Assembly (NCBI GenBank): GCA_051439505.1
Contig: JBFRWI010000095.1
Span: 1 to 16,833, forward strand
Direction: 5' to 3'
Origin: Hormoscilla sp.
GTDB taxonomy: Bacteria; Cyanobacteriota; Cyanobacteriia; Cyanobacteriales; Desertifilaceae
DNA: 16,833 nt
A model generated the notes under the pieces. The model had not been told where the DNA came from, did not search any database, and saw only the letters and a list, made by a program, of their open reading frames with translations. A program made the position numbers and the translations under genes. Shown here piece by piece: positions 7,009-16,584 of this stretch; the first letter of the stretch is position 1; each line of letters starts with the position of its first letter.

Positions 7009-7893
7009 ATGAAAACAGGCCAAATCATCAAATTCTGGGCTTACTCCCTGTCCATTATGCTCCTGTGCTACCTGCCAGTCCATGCCCAGGAAGTCAAAGA
7101 CCCCCTGCCAGAAATGCCCAACACCCGATCGCAGATATTAGGGGAACTAGGCAAGGCCGACGTGGTGTATCTGGGGGAAGATCATGACAGTCTTGAGGAT
7201 CACCAAGCCCAGCTAGAGATTATTCAACAACTTATGGCGCAAAATGGTAAGGTGGCGATCGCCCTAGAGATGTTCCAGCGCCCCTTTCAAAGGGCGATCG
7301 ACGATTATCTGGCAGGTAAGATAACAGAAACCCAGTTGGTCGCCCAAACCGAGTATAACGAAAGATGGGGTTTTCCTTGGGAATATTATGCACCCATTCT
7401 CCGCTTTGCGAAGGAAAATAATTTACCAGTATTAGCCACCAATACACCCACGGAAGTCACCCGGAAAGTTGCCCGTTCTGGTTTAGAAGTCCTGACTCCT
7501 GAAGACAGGCAATATATTCCGCCTTTTACAGAAATTAGAACTGATAACGCCCACTATCGGCAAATGTTGCTAGAAGTATTCAGCCAGCATCAAGCAGGGG
7601 GGCACGGGAATAGCGATGGCTTCGAGCGGTTTTTTCTCGCCCAAGTTCTCTGGGATGAGACAATGGCAGAAGCTATTTCCCAGTTTATCGCAGCTAACCG
7701 AGATTATCAAGTTGTCGTCCTCGCGGGGCAAGGTCATATTGTTTACGGACATGGCATTCCCAGTCGCGTGGCGAGAAGGTTAAATCATCGCCCGCTGGTG
7801 CAACGTTCTGTCTTGCTAAATCCTGCTGAAGAACTTTTACTTTTAGCCCCGACCGATAAACCAATCGCAGATTACATCTGGCAAACCCCCTGA
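7009..7893 (+). CDS. ChaN-family (haem-binding/iron-regulated, DUF399-like) exported protein
   Basis: N-terminal signal peptide; ADVVYLGE.HD...H..QL; ALEMF; W...WEYYAPI; AQVLWDETMA; VVLAGQGHI.YG.GIP.RV. Confidence 0.85.
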   Translation: MKTGQIIKFWAYSLSIMLLCYLPVHAQEVKDPLPEMPNTRSQILGELGKADVVYLGEDHDSLEDHQAQLEIIQQLMAQNGKVAIALEMFQRPFQRAIDDYLAGKITETQLVAQTEYNERWGFPWEYYAPILRFAKENNLPVLATNTPTEVTRKVARSGLEVLTPEDRQYIPPFTEIRTDNAHYRQMLLEVFSQHQAGGHGNSDGFERFFLAQVLWDETMAEAISQFIAANRDYQVVVLAGQGHIVYGHGIPSRVARRLNHRPLVQRSVLLNPAEELLLLAPTDKPIADYIWQTP

Positions 7894-7901
7894 ACAGTTA
7901 T

Positions 7902-9854
7902 TTACTTCAAAGGAATTGCAATTGTAAACTCAGTGCCTTTTCCCAGTTCCGAAGTACAGGTTAAACTTCCCCCATGTTTATCTACCACAACTTGATGGCT
8001 GATTGATAAGCCTAAGTCCGTTCCTTTGCCTACAGGTTTGGTAGTAAAAAAGCTCTCGAATAGTTGGGAACGGACTGCTTCTGTCATGCCAATTCCATTA
8101 TCTTGAATGCGGATCATAACTTCCTCGCGATCGCCCAATTCTGTCACAATCTTAATCCGGGGTTGTTCCGTTAACATTCCCTGACTGACGGCATCGGACA
8201 AGGCATCGATCGCATTTGCCAAAATATTCATAAACACTTGATTTAGTTGACCGGGATAGCATTCCACGAGGGGTAGGTTGCCGTAATCTTTGATCAGTGC
8301 AATTTCAGTCCTACTAGCAGTGGGTTGCAAGCGATGGCGCAACAGTAACAGGGTGCTATCTAAACCCTCATTTATGTCAGCAGCTTGGCGATCGCCAGCG
8401 TCGGTGCGAGCAAAATTACGCATACTCAAAACAATCTCTTGGATGCGATCGGTTCCCACTTTCATGGAACCGATCAGTTCGGATAAGTCTTCGCAAATAA
8501 ACTCCAGTTCTAATTCCTGCGATCGCGCTTTAATTTCCGGATATGGTTCGGGATAGTATTGCTCGTAGAGGTGCAGCATTTCTATCAGACTCTGGGTATA
8601 TGCATCGGCATGAGCGAGATTGCCGACGATAAAGTTGACGGGATTGTTAATTTCATGAGCAATTCCCGCTACCATCTCTCCCAAACTAGACATTTTTTCA
8701 GCTTGCACCAGTTGTGATTGGGTCTGTTTGAGTTGGTCCAGGGTTGCTTGTAATTGCTGATTCTGTTGTTCGAGGGCAGCTTCCGACTTTTTCAGTTGCG
8801 TTTGCTCGAAGGACTGCATCTGCCAAATCACCAAGTTCATAATGAATGCTAGTCCTAACATTGCTAGGGCGATGGTATCCAACCGTCCCAGTTGGGATTC
8901 GATATTGGCCCGAGGAATCACCAAAGCAACCGACCAGTTGGCTTGTTGCAGTGGCAGATAGGCGACATATTGCCAACTATCATCCAGTTGGACTAATTCT
9001 ATACCCTGCTCTCCCTTGACCATCTGCTCGGCTATGGCAGCTAAATCTTCATTGCTGCTTTCCAGAAAACTGGGTGCAGGTTTGTCTTTGGTTGACATTA
9101 AATCACGATTCGGGTGAGAGATCGCCCGACCTTGAGAATTAAGAGCAAAGGCATAACTGTCATCGCCATATTCCAGTTGACTGACAATTTCCTTAACATG
9201 ATCGGTTTTAAGAGAACCAAGCAATAAACCGAGGGGTTTTGCTGACAGGTTCCCTTCCAGGGGAATATTCAAGGCTAAAAGACTGCGGGTTATAATTTCT
9301 TGCTGTTCTGGAGTCTGGGTTGTCTGTTTGAGGGGAGGCATAGACCAGATAGGAACGACGACGAGGATCAGGGGGAAGCCTGTGGAACGAGAAATTACTG
9401 GGTCGCTGACTAAAACTTTACCCGCCATTGCTTCGGAGAAGTAAGCGCGATCGCTCATATTTCTCTGGGCTCGTCCCACTATGGTGTTGGAGTAGGAGCC
9501 GTCAGTCGCAACCAGATCGAATTTATAAAAGTCTGTTTGCCGAGCGACTTCCAGTTGCAGATATGGTTCGATCGCCTCCCAATCCATTGTGCGCAGCAGA
9601 GGACTGTTGGTCTGGGTTTCTACCCGGTCCTTCAGGGTTGCTAGCCAGCCGTCGATTTCGTCTACCCCTTGCTTTACTTCCAAAAAGGCATTTTCCTTCA
9701 AATTGTCCAGTACCAAGCTACGCACAATTTGATAACTGTAGTAAGCTGTACTGCTGACAACTAGGGTCGTCGTGCCGATCATCAGTCTGAGCAGCAGATT
9801 CCGGCGCGATCGCCCCTTTTCTTTTGCCGTCACTATATCTGTTTTTCCTTGCAT
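7902..9854 (-). CDS. Sensor histidine kinase with dCache periplasmic domain (paralogue A)
   Basis: Two TM segments around a Cache domain ([28 protein letters not shown]). H-box AHEINNP; N-box QLNQVFMNILANA; G1 DNGIG; G2 altered to GKGTDLGL. Confidence 0.92.
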   Translation of the reverse strand: MQGKTDIVTAKEKGRSRRNLLLRLMIGTTTLVVSSTAYYSYQIVRSLVLDNLKENAFLEVKQGVDEIDGWLATLKDRVETQTNSPLLRTMDWEAIEPYLQLEVARQTDFYKFDLVATDGSYSNTIVGRAQRNMSDRAYFSEAMAGKVLVSDPVISRSTGFPLILVVVPIWSMPPLKQTTQTPEQQEIITRSLLALNIPLEGNLSAKPLGLLLGSLKTDHVKEIVSQLEYGDDSYAFALNSQGRAISHPNRDLMSTKDKPAPSFLESSNEDLAAIAEQMVKGEQGIELVQLDDSWQYVAYLPLQQANWSVALVIPRANIESQLGRLDTIALAMLGLAFIMNLVIWQMQSFEQTQLKKSEAALEQQNQQLQATLDQLKQTQSQLVQAEKMSSLGEMVAGIAHEINNPVNFIVGNLAHADAYTQSLIEMLHLYEQYYPEPYPEIKARSQELELEFICEDLSELIGSMKVGTDRIQEIVLSMRNFARTDAGDRQAADINEGLDSTLLLLRHRLQPTASRTEIALIKDYGNLPLVECYPGQLNQVFMNILANAIDALSDAVSQGMLTEQPRIKIVTELGDREEVMIRIQDNGIGMTEAVRSQLFESFFTTKPVGKGTDLGLSISHQVVVDKHGGSLTCTSELGKGTEFTIAIPLK

Positions 9855-9866
9855 ATTTTCTCTAGT

Positions 9867-11780
9867 TTATTCTACAGTAATTGGAGTAGCCGTCCGTGGA
9901 CTTATGGGAATTTCCATCGCGAACTCCGTTCCCTGTCCCAACTCCGAGTCGCAGGTAAATTTTCCCTTGTGTTCCCCCACGACAATTTGATAGCTAATAG
10001 CCAGTCCTAATCCGGTTCCCTTACCCACTGGTTTGGTGGTAAAAAAGGGGTCGAATATCTTTTCCTTTACCCCTGCTGTCATCCCCTCTCCATTGTCAGC
10101 AATCCTAATGATGACGTTATTCTGGCTATTTACATCCGTGTGAATGCGAATCGTAGGGGTGACGGTTTCTCCATGTTGGCGTCGGGAAGATAAGGCATCG
10201 ATCGCATTACTGAGGATATGGAAAAATACTTGATTTAATTGCGATGCATAGCAGATCACTTCTGGTAAATCCCCATAGTCTTTAATCACTTCAATGCCCT
10301 GGCGCGACCCTTCCCCCCGCAGGTGATTTTGCAGCAGCATTAAGGTGCTATCAATACTAACATGGATGTCAACGGGTTTCATTTGGGCTTCGTCCAACCG
10401 GGAGAAGGTACGCAATCCTTGAACGATGCTGTTAATGCGATCGCACCCTTTTCCCATGGAAGCAAATAATTTATCTAGGTCTTCTTTCAGGTAGTCTAGG
10501 TCTATTTCTTCTATCTTATCTTCTACCTGCTGACTGGGTTCGGGGCATTCTTGGGAGTACAGTTCGAGTAGGCAGAGCAAATCTTGGACGTAATCTTGGG
10601 CGTGCTGGAGATTCCCAAAGATAAAACTGGTGGGGTTGTTGATTTCGTGGGCAACCCCGGCTACCATCTGCCCCAAACTGGACATTTTTCCGGTGTGAAT
10701 CAACTGAGATTGGGTCTGTTTGAGTTGGTCGAGGGTCTCTTGAAGTTGCTGATTCTGCTGTCCCAGGATAGTTTCGGACCTTTTCAGTTGCCTTTGCTCG
10801 AAGGACTGCACCTGCCAAAGCACCGCGATCGTCGTCACCGCTAGTCCTAGCACTGCCAGGGCGATCAGATCCAACAGTCCCAGTTGGGATTCGATATTGC
10901 CGCGCGGAATCACTAAAGCAACTGACCAGTTGGCTTGTCGCAGTGGCAGATAGGCGATATACTTATAACTGCCGTCAATGGAGATTAATTTCATACCCTC
11001 CTGTCCCTTTGCCATCTCCTCAGCTATTACAGCTAAATCTCCATTGGTGCTTGATAAAAAACTGGGTGCAGGTCTTTCTTTAGTTGACATTAAATTCGGG
11101 TTGGGGTGCGCGATCGCCCGACTCTGAGAATTAAGGGCAAAGGCATAGCTCCTGTGGCCGTATTCCAGTCTATTCACCACCTCAACAATTCTTTCTATGG
11201 TAATGCCGCCACTCAAGACTCCTACCGGTCGAGCGGCAGATCCAATGGGCGAGGCGACATTAATTTTGGGAATTCCCAATGACAGACTGATGAGGGGATC
11301 CGACAGGTTAGCTTCACCCCTCAATGCCCGCTGCACCCAGAGTCTATGGCTGACATTTTTACCTACAACCAAGCCTCCTGCTGTGGCTGTGTTATAATAG
11401 GTTCCATCTGGTTGCACGTAGATAAAATGGTGAAATGCCTGGGAACGCTCGACTTCCGATTCTAAGTAAGGTCCGGCCACTGACCAGTCCATTGTCCCTG
11501 TTATGGGACTGGCCGCGATCGTGGCTACTTCTGCTTTTCTAACTGCTAGCCATTCATCAAGTTCGTTAACCCCTTCCTGCACTTGGGAGAAGGCATTTTC
11601 TTTGAGATTTTCCAGTACCAAGTTACGTGCCAGTTGATAGCTCCAGTAAGCTGAGGCGCTCACCAGCAATGTAGTGCATGCTATAATCAGTCTGATTAGC
11701 AGATTTCTACGCGATCGCCGTTCTTGTTTGGGAAACAGTAACTGCATCGGTTGGCTTTGTGAATGCAATAGTTTCTTCAT
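9867..11780 (-). CDS. Sensor histidine kinase with dCache periplasmic domain (paralogue B)
   Basis: Same architecture as paralogue [42 protein letters not shown]. Confidence 0.92.
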   Translation of the reverse strand: MKKLLHSQSQPMQLLFPKQERRSRRNLLIRLIIACTTLLVSASAYWSYQLARNLVLENLKENAFSQVQEGVNELDEWLAVRKAEVATIAASPITGTMDWSVAGPYLESEVERSQAFHHFIYVQPDGTYYNTATAGGLVVGKNVSHRLWVQRALRGEANLSDPLISLSLGIPKINVASPIGSAARPVGVLSGGITIERIVEVVNRLEYGHRSYAFALNSQSRAIAHPNPNLMSTKERPAPSFLSSTNGDLAVIAEEMAKGQEGMKLISIDGSYKYIAYLPLRQANWSVALVIPRGNIESQLGLLDLIALAVLGLAVTTIAVLWQVQSFEQRQLKRSETILGQQNQQLQETLDQLKQTQSQLIHTGKMSSLGQMVAGVAHEINNPTSFIFGNLQHAQDYVQDLLCLLELYSQECPEPSQQVEDKIEEIDLDYLKEDLDKLFASMGKGCDRINSIVQGLRTFSRLDEAQMKPVDIHVSIDSTLMLLQNHLRGEGSRQGIEVIKDYGDLPEVICYASQLNQVFFHILSNAIDALSSRRQHGETVTPTIRIHTDVNSQNNVIIRIADNGEGMTAGVKEKIFDPFFTTKPVGKGTGLGLAISYQIVVGEHKGKFTCDSELGQGTEFAMEIPISPRTATPITVE

Positions 11781-11782
11781 TG

Positions 11783-11831
11783 CTAATGGCTAAGGGCTAA
11801 TTGAGAATTGCTAATTGAAAATGACTGATGG
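11783..11831. repeat. Degenerate heptamer tandem repeat (STRR-like)
   Basis: ctaatgg ctaaggg ctaattg agaattg ctaattg aaaatga ctgatgg: 7-nt period, immediately upstream of the kinase start. Confidence 0.6.
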
Positions 11832-11876
11832 CACGATCTGAAGTGCGCGACGCAGTCGCGCTATAGATTTCAATTT

Positions 11877-12713
11877 TTAATTCCCTATCTCTTGTGGTTT
11901 GGCAATAAATTCCACCAAAGGTTGAAATACTGGTACCAATTCCGTCCGACTCACCACTAAGGTGGGATAGGAACGACTGCTGTAATCTTCTCCTACGGTG
12001 AGGGGAAAGATTGCTTCTTCTTTTAGCGATATCCACTCTCCCCCAGCAGCTTGGAGAATGGCCCAGACTGCCGCTATATCCCAGATTTTTGGTGTTGCTT
12101 CTACCCCACCAATGGCAATTCCCGCTGCTATCGTTAGCAGGTTGTAAGTCGCAACCCCTAGCATCCGGATTTTACAGGGAAATTCGGGCGATCGCCTCAG
12201 CACATCCGTACTCCTGGCACAGAGATTAAAGAAGTGATTGCTGCTAGGATCGTCCTCACTGGTGCGGATGGGACGCTGATTCAGAAATGCTTGATTTTTC
12301 GGGAGATATATTTCTGGATGTTTCCCCCAAAAACCGTGAAATGCTTGCCCGATCGGGGGCAGATGTACGTAACCAAACACGGGCGTTCCTCGGTAGAGTA
12401 AACCCAGAGAAATTCCCCAAATCGGAATTCCCCTGGTAAAATTAGTCGTACCGTCGATCGGGTCGATAATCCAGCACCATTCATTATCGGGAAAAATATG
12501 GGCGGTTTCTTCGCTTAACACCCCGTGACTGGGAAATGCTGCCGCGATCGCCTCTGTCAGTTCCCGATCGGCCCATTGATCTGCTTGGGTAACTAAACTC
12601 CCATCCGCTTTTTCCGATGGGGTAACTTGCCCAAAATCCTGCAACAGCTGATTTCCCACTCTTACTGTCGCCTTTTGAGCAAAATAGAAAACTTGATTCC
12701 AAAAATTGTTCAT
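11877..12713 (-). CDS. Inositol monophosphatase family protein
   Basis: K.DGSLVTQAD; LSEE; WIIDPIDGTTNF; WDIAA motifs. ATG at 12713 preferred; GTG at 12770 is possible. Confidence 0.92.
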   Translation of the reverse strand: MNNFWNQVFYFAQKATVRVGNQLLQDFGQVTPSEKADGSLVTQADQWADRELTEAIAAAFPSHGVLSEETAHIFPDNEWCWIIDPIDGTTNFTRGIPIWGISLGLLYRGTPVFGYVHLPPIGQAFHGFWGKHPEIYLPKNQAFLNQRPIRTSEDDPSSNHFFNLCARSTDVLRRSPEFPCKIRMLGVATYNLLTIAAGIAIGGVEATPKIWDIAAVWAILQAAGGEWISLKEEAIFPLTVGEDYSSRSYPTLVVSRTELVPVFQPLVEFIAKPQEIGN

Positions 12714-12810
12714 TTGTGAATGATTTGTGAATTGACAACTGACCAAGGCTGAAATTGTGACCGAAATCACTGCTTTTCATCGCCACCTAGATGATTTGGG
12801 CGAGTGGTCC

Positions 12811-13019
12811 CAATACTTCTCGGTTAAGGATATATATTGTCATTGCGAGGGGGGGCAACCGCGATCAACAAGCAGGGAAATTTAGTTAACCCCCCCCCGA
12901 AGCAATCCCCGCCCTAGTCATCGGGGAGATTGCTTCGGGGGGCGAAGATACCAATGGCGATTCCGACATGTCGATTTGGGCCCCCCTCGCAATGACAAGT
13001 TGTTAACCGAGAAGTATTG
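12811..13019. mobile_element. 209-bp MITE with perfect 17-bp TIRs and 10-bp TSD (IS4-family-like non-autonomous element)
   Basis: TIRs caatacttctcggttaa (12811-12827) and ttaaccgagaagtattg (13003-13019). Direct repeat cgagtggtcc at 12801-12810 and 13020-13029. Confidence 0.9.
12838..12997. repeat. TGTCATTGCGAG cloverleaf palindromic element, copy 1
   Basis: Outer IR tgtcattgcgagggggg / cccccctcgcaatgaca; inner IR ccccccgaagcaatc / gattgcttcgggggg. Confidence 0.85.
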
Positions 13020-13621
13020 CGAGTGGTCCGAACTATATGTGAAAGAATGCCCAGGATAGATTCCATATTTTCCAGATAATGTTCGCCTTGTTCAATATAA
13101 ACAGTAGTTGCTTCTAATCGCAGGAATTTCCAAATACTGCCTGTAGTTATGCTACCATAAATACAAGGAATCTCCCTATCGCTGTTTTGATTTAATACTT
13201 GAGCTGCTATCATTTCTGCAATACATTGAGCCAGGCCAGATTTAATATTATCATTTTTAGCTTCCACAATAGTTACCACTGGAGCATTAATGGATAATAG
13301 TTCGGGAGAATGACTGATGATAAAGTCACATCTGCCATTGAGTCCCAGACTTTTATCCACGGTAAATTCTGAACCAGAAAATATACTTATTTGGCGCTGA
13401 AAACTCTTCCGCAGATCGACGAGAATGGGAGCAACAATCAATTCCGAACGGGCTTTTTCCGTGTCAACTCCCAAAGCCAGGGGAATATTTTCTTCCAGAA
13501 TATCTCTGAGCAAGGGGCTGGGCTTGACCGGTTCTATTGCTGGAAATAATGCCACTTGCTCCTGAATAGTCAAGTTGAATTTACTTTTTAGTTCCTCTAG
13601 GGTAAATTCACTATAATACAT
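12914..13621 (-). CDS. Conserved cyanobacterial hypothetical protein, PD-(D/E)xK restriction-endonuclease-like fold; last 34 aa are MITE-derived
   Basis: EKARSELIVAPIL; G.CDFII; IVEAK; GLAQCIAEM.AAQ; YG.ITTG..WKFL. The frame runs into the MITE at 13019. Confidence 0.75.
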   Translation of the reverse strand: MYYSEFTLEELKSKFNLTIQEQVALFPAIEPVKPSPLLRDILEENIPLALGVDTEKARSELIVAPILVDLRKSFQRQISIFSGSEFTVDKSLGLNGRCDFIISHSPELLSINAPVVTIVEAKNDNIKSGLAQCIAEMIAAQVLNQNSDREIPCIYGSITTGSIWKFLRLEATTVYIEQGEHYLENMESILGILSHIVRTTRNTSRLTTCHCEGGPNRHVGIAIGIFAPRSNLPDD

Positions 13622-13685
13622 GATTTTTCATCCTTTTCTACCAAGATAACAAAATAAATATTTTCAGGGGGCGATGGGTGCATTC

Positions 13686-13706
13686 GTAGGGTGGGCACCG
13701 CCCACC
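13686..13706 (+). repeat. GTAG-type REP
   Basis: gtagggtgggcaccgcccacc; exact copies at 4705-4725 and 6576-6596 on the opposite strand. Confidence 0.85.
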
Positions 13707-13731
13707 ATTGACCACAGTCTTGTTCATTTGT

Positions 13732-15168
13732 TCAATCGAGATCGCTTTCGATCACGGCAGCGATCGCCTGTTTGGCATTAGTTTGAAACTCTCGCACATT
13801 CACCCGCTTCAGCAACCCAGTTGCCAGTATCAGTCCTGTTGCTTGCACGACAAAAACAAATCCGTAAGCCAGCACTGGCATTGTAAACAACATTTGCCCC
13901 AAATTCAACATTGCCCCACCGAACACGGTCGCCAGTCCTCTGGCCATCGCCTGGGCCAGTCCCCAAGCACCAATAAATGTACCTGCTGTTTCCGCCGCTG
14001 TCAAGTCCAGCATGAGACCGATCGCCCCAGCAGTCAGGATTCCAGAAGTCAGCCCAAACAATAGTAAGCTAGTCATGAGCATACTGGGTTGAGCTGTGAA
14101 TCCTGACATAATCAGTAATCCCGAACAGACTGCCGTGCCCATACAGCCCAAAAAACAAGTGTTCCGCTTGCCCAAGCGCGGTACAATCAAGAAACCTGTA
14201 GAACCGATACCCACCAGGGTCCCCATCCCGAAGAAAGCATTCAGTTTGGCTGTTTCCGAGATTGGCATGCCAAACACCTGGCCCCCATAGGGTTCCAAAA
14301 CTGGATCTTGCATGAACAAGCTGATACTCATGAATAGCAGAAAGCAGAAAAATATTCCCGTTTGCCGACTTGCGGTTAACACCCGCAGGGCCCGGCCTAA
14401 TGTAATGCTATCTTCCCGGTTGACTATAGTCGATCGCGTGGCGTAGAGGGAATATTTCTTCTCCACCCCAACTGTTGCTAGCAAGGAAATGCATAATACG
14501 CTCGCCGGAACGATGATGAACAGCCTATTTATCGATGCTTTCAATTCTGCTAACGGGGCATCTAAGGCTAATTGTTTCAGCAAGATACTGGTGATGATAG
14601 CACCAATTATAATGCCCACCATCAGCATGGACCAGACAATACTGATTAATTTCGATCGCTTGTCATCATCAGAGACATCGAATAGCAGGGCCGCAAAGGG
14701 AGTGGAACTCGCACTGAGGGCTAACCCATAGAGGGCAAATACTACTGCTAGCAGGGCCGCCCAAGCGTAGGTGACAGGACTCCAACCCGTCAGGGCGGCA
14801 CTGTCCCCCAGTTGCCAGACTACTTGCAAGGCCAGAAAAGATGTGACTGTAAACAGGGCCGTGCCGATCCAGATATAGCCCGTCCGGTGGAGACCCGCGA
14901 TCGTCTTCGCGTCCGACATCTGACCGAACCAGACTCGGGCGGGGGAGACAAACTGGTGCATGGCGATCGCCCCTGCTGCGATCAACGCTGGAACTCGCAG
15001 TTCGTCAATCATCACCCGGTTAAGCACCCCCAGGGTCAGCAGGGACATAATACCCAGTCCCATCTGGAATAATCCCAGCCGAAACATGGTAAACAAATTG
15101 ATAGGGGGAATTGCCTCCCGGTTTACTTCCAAAGCTGGCTGGGGCTTGCCGATATCACCAGTTGCCAT
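13732..15168 (-). CDS. pucC: BCD/PucC-family MFS transporter
   Basis: RLGLFQMGLGIMSLLTLGVLNRVMI.EL; FGQMSD; HRTGYI; QDPVLEPYGGQVFGM; LMLDLT..ETAGTFIGAWGLAQA; multiple TM helices. Confidence 0.9.
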   Translation of the reverse strand: MATGDIGKPQPALEVNREAIPPINLFTMFRLGLFQMGLGIMSLLTLGVLNRVMIDELRVPALIAAGAIAMHQFVSPARVWFGQMSDAKTIAGLHRTGYIWIGTALFTVTSFLALQVVWQLGDSAALTGWSPVTYAWAALLAVVFALYGLALSASSTPFAALLFDVSDDDKRSKLISIVWSMLMVGIIIGAIITSILLKQLALDAPLAELKASINRLFIIVPASVLCISLLATVGVEKKYSLYATRSTIVNREDSITLGRALRVLTASRQTGIFFCFLLFMSISLFMQDPVLEPYGGQVFGMPISETAKLNAFFGMGTLVGIGSTGFLIVPRLGKRNTCFLGCMGTAVCSGLLIMSGFTAQPSMLMTSLLLFGLTSGILTAGAIGLMLDLTAAETAGTFIGAWGLAQAMARGLATVFGGAMLNLGQMLFTMPVLAYGFVFVVQATGLILATGLLKRVNVREFQTNAKQAIAAVIESDLD

Positions 15169-15348
15169 TTTTTCACTGAAACTAAAGGTTTACCGCTTTT
15201 CATCATAAACCAGATTGCCCAGGGAAGCGTGGGCACCGGGCTACTGGTCCTACACCGAACGGAGCATCTCGATCGATTTGCGCTCATCTGACGATACAGT
15301 ATGAATATACTCTCAAAGAGATCGACTTGCGCTTTAAGGCATTTAATG

Positions 15349-15515
15349 TGTCATTGCGAGGGGGGGGATCCCTGACCGCTATTGTAGGGAACACTAGCGG
15401 ATCCCCCCCCGAAGCAATCTCCACGCAATCTCCACGCGCCTTTTAGGAGATTGCTTCGGGGGGTGAGTTACCCCGAAAGCACAAGGATATCGAGAGTTAC
15501 CCCCCTCGCAATGAC
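15349..15515. repeat. TGTCATTGCGAG cloverleaf palindromic element, copy 2
   Basis: Same outer and inner IRs as 12838-12997. Contains an 11-bp tandem duplication gcaatctccac (15414-15435). Imperfect outer arms tgcgctttaagg / cctaaaaagcgca. Confidence 0.85.
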
Positions 15516-15584
15516 ATTACTGACCTAAAAAGCGCAGTTTATGACCGTTTATTGTATAGATGTCAACAGCATAGATAGAAAACA

Positions 15585-16523
15585 ATGCAGACTATTAACC
15601 TAGGCCCGAATGGTCCAGCCGTCACCCAACTGGGGATTGGCGCTTGGTCCTGGGGCGACAAGCTATTTTGGGGCTACGGCGGTGATTACGATGCTGCGCA
15701 GGTGCGACAAGCCTTTGATGCTACCCTAGATAGCGGCATCAGCTTCTTTGACACTGCTGAAGTTTACGGCTTTGGGGAGTCAGAATCCCTCATCGGTCGG
15801 TTTATGAAAGAGACCGGGCGTCGCCCCCAAATTGCCACCAAATATTTTCCCCTGCCTTGGCGATTCAGCGCTGGGTCTATTTCCGAGGCCCTGACAGCTA
15901 GCTTAAAACGCCTCCAGGTAGAACAAGTTGAACTCTACCAAGTGCATCAACCTTTCGGCTTCTTCATGAGTCAAGCAACCTTGATGAATACTTTAGCAGA
16001 GGAAGTAAAAAATGGGAGAATCAAAGCCGTGGGAGTGAGTAACTACCCAGCCGACCAAATGCGGGAAGCCCATCAACTCCTGGCTGACAAGGGCGTTCCC
16101 CTGGCAGTAAATCAAGTACAATATTCTCTGCTAGCGCGGAAAATTGAAAGCAATGGCATTCTGGAAACTGCCCAAGACTTAGGAGTGACAATTCTGGCCT
16201 ATAGTCCCTTGGCTCAAGGTTTACTCACTGGTAAATATACCGCCGATCGCGTGCCCACAGGTGCCCGCAAGCTTGACCCTCGTTTTGGCAAGGATGGTTT
16301 GCCGAAAATCGCCCCCGTGCTTTCATTATTAAAACAGTTGGGGGAACAGTATGAAAAGACCCCCGCGCAAGTGGCTCTTAACTGGTTAATTGCTAAAGGT
16401 GTGGTGCCCATTCCGGGGGCGAAAAATGCCGAACAGGCCCGTCAGAATGCGGGGGCTTTGGGCTGGAGTTTGAGTTCCGAAGATGTTGCTGAACTGGAAC
16501 GAGTTAGTAGTCCCTGGTTGTAG
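15585..16523 (+). CDS. Aldo/keto reductase (pyridoxal reductase-like subgroup)
   Basis: LGIGAWSWGD; FDTAEVYG.G.SE; IATK; LYQVH; VGVSNY; NQVQYSLL; AYSPLAQGLLTGKY; PIPGAK. Confidence 0.93.
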   Translation: MQTINLGPNGPAVTQLGIGAWSWGDKLFWGYGGDYDAAQVRQAFDATLDSGISFFDTAEVYGFGESESLIGRFMKETGRRPQIATKYFPLPWRFSAGSISEALTASLKRLQVEQVELYQVHQPFGFFMSQATLMNTLAEEVKNGRIKAVGVSNYPADQMREAHQLLADKGVPLAVNQVQYSLLARKIESNGILETAQDLGVTILAYSPLAQGLLTGKYTADRVPTGARKLDPRFGKDGLPKIAPVLSLLKQLGEQYEKTPAQVALNWLIAKGVVPIPGAKNAEQARQNAGALGWSLSSEDVAELERVSSPWL

Positions 16524-16527
16524 CTGT

Positions 16528-16584
16528 CAGCCCGCCGGGGGTTCAAACCCCCGGCTAATAGCTAAAGTCGGTTAAAACCGACTG
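16528..16584 (+). repeat. Double-hairpin repeat, copy 3
   Basis: cagcccgccgggggttcaaacccccggctaatagctaaagtcggttaaaaccgactg, 4 bp after the AKR stop codon. Confidence 0.85.

Noticed and set aside
12914..13621. A restriction-modification system
   Set aside because: No methyltransferase or specificity gene is nearby, and this family commonly occurs as stand-alone paralogues in cyanobacteria.
8290..16411. Many short antisense or alternate-frame ORFs inside the kinases, IMPase, pucC and AKR
   Set aside because: They overlap well-supported genes almost entirely and have no motifs of their own.
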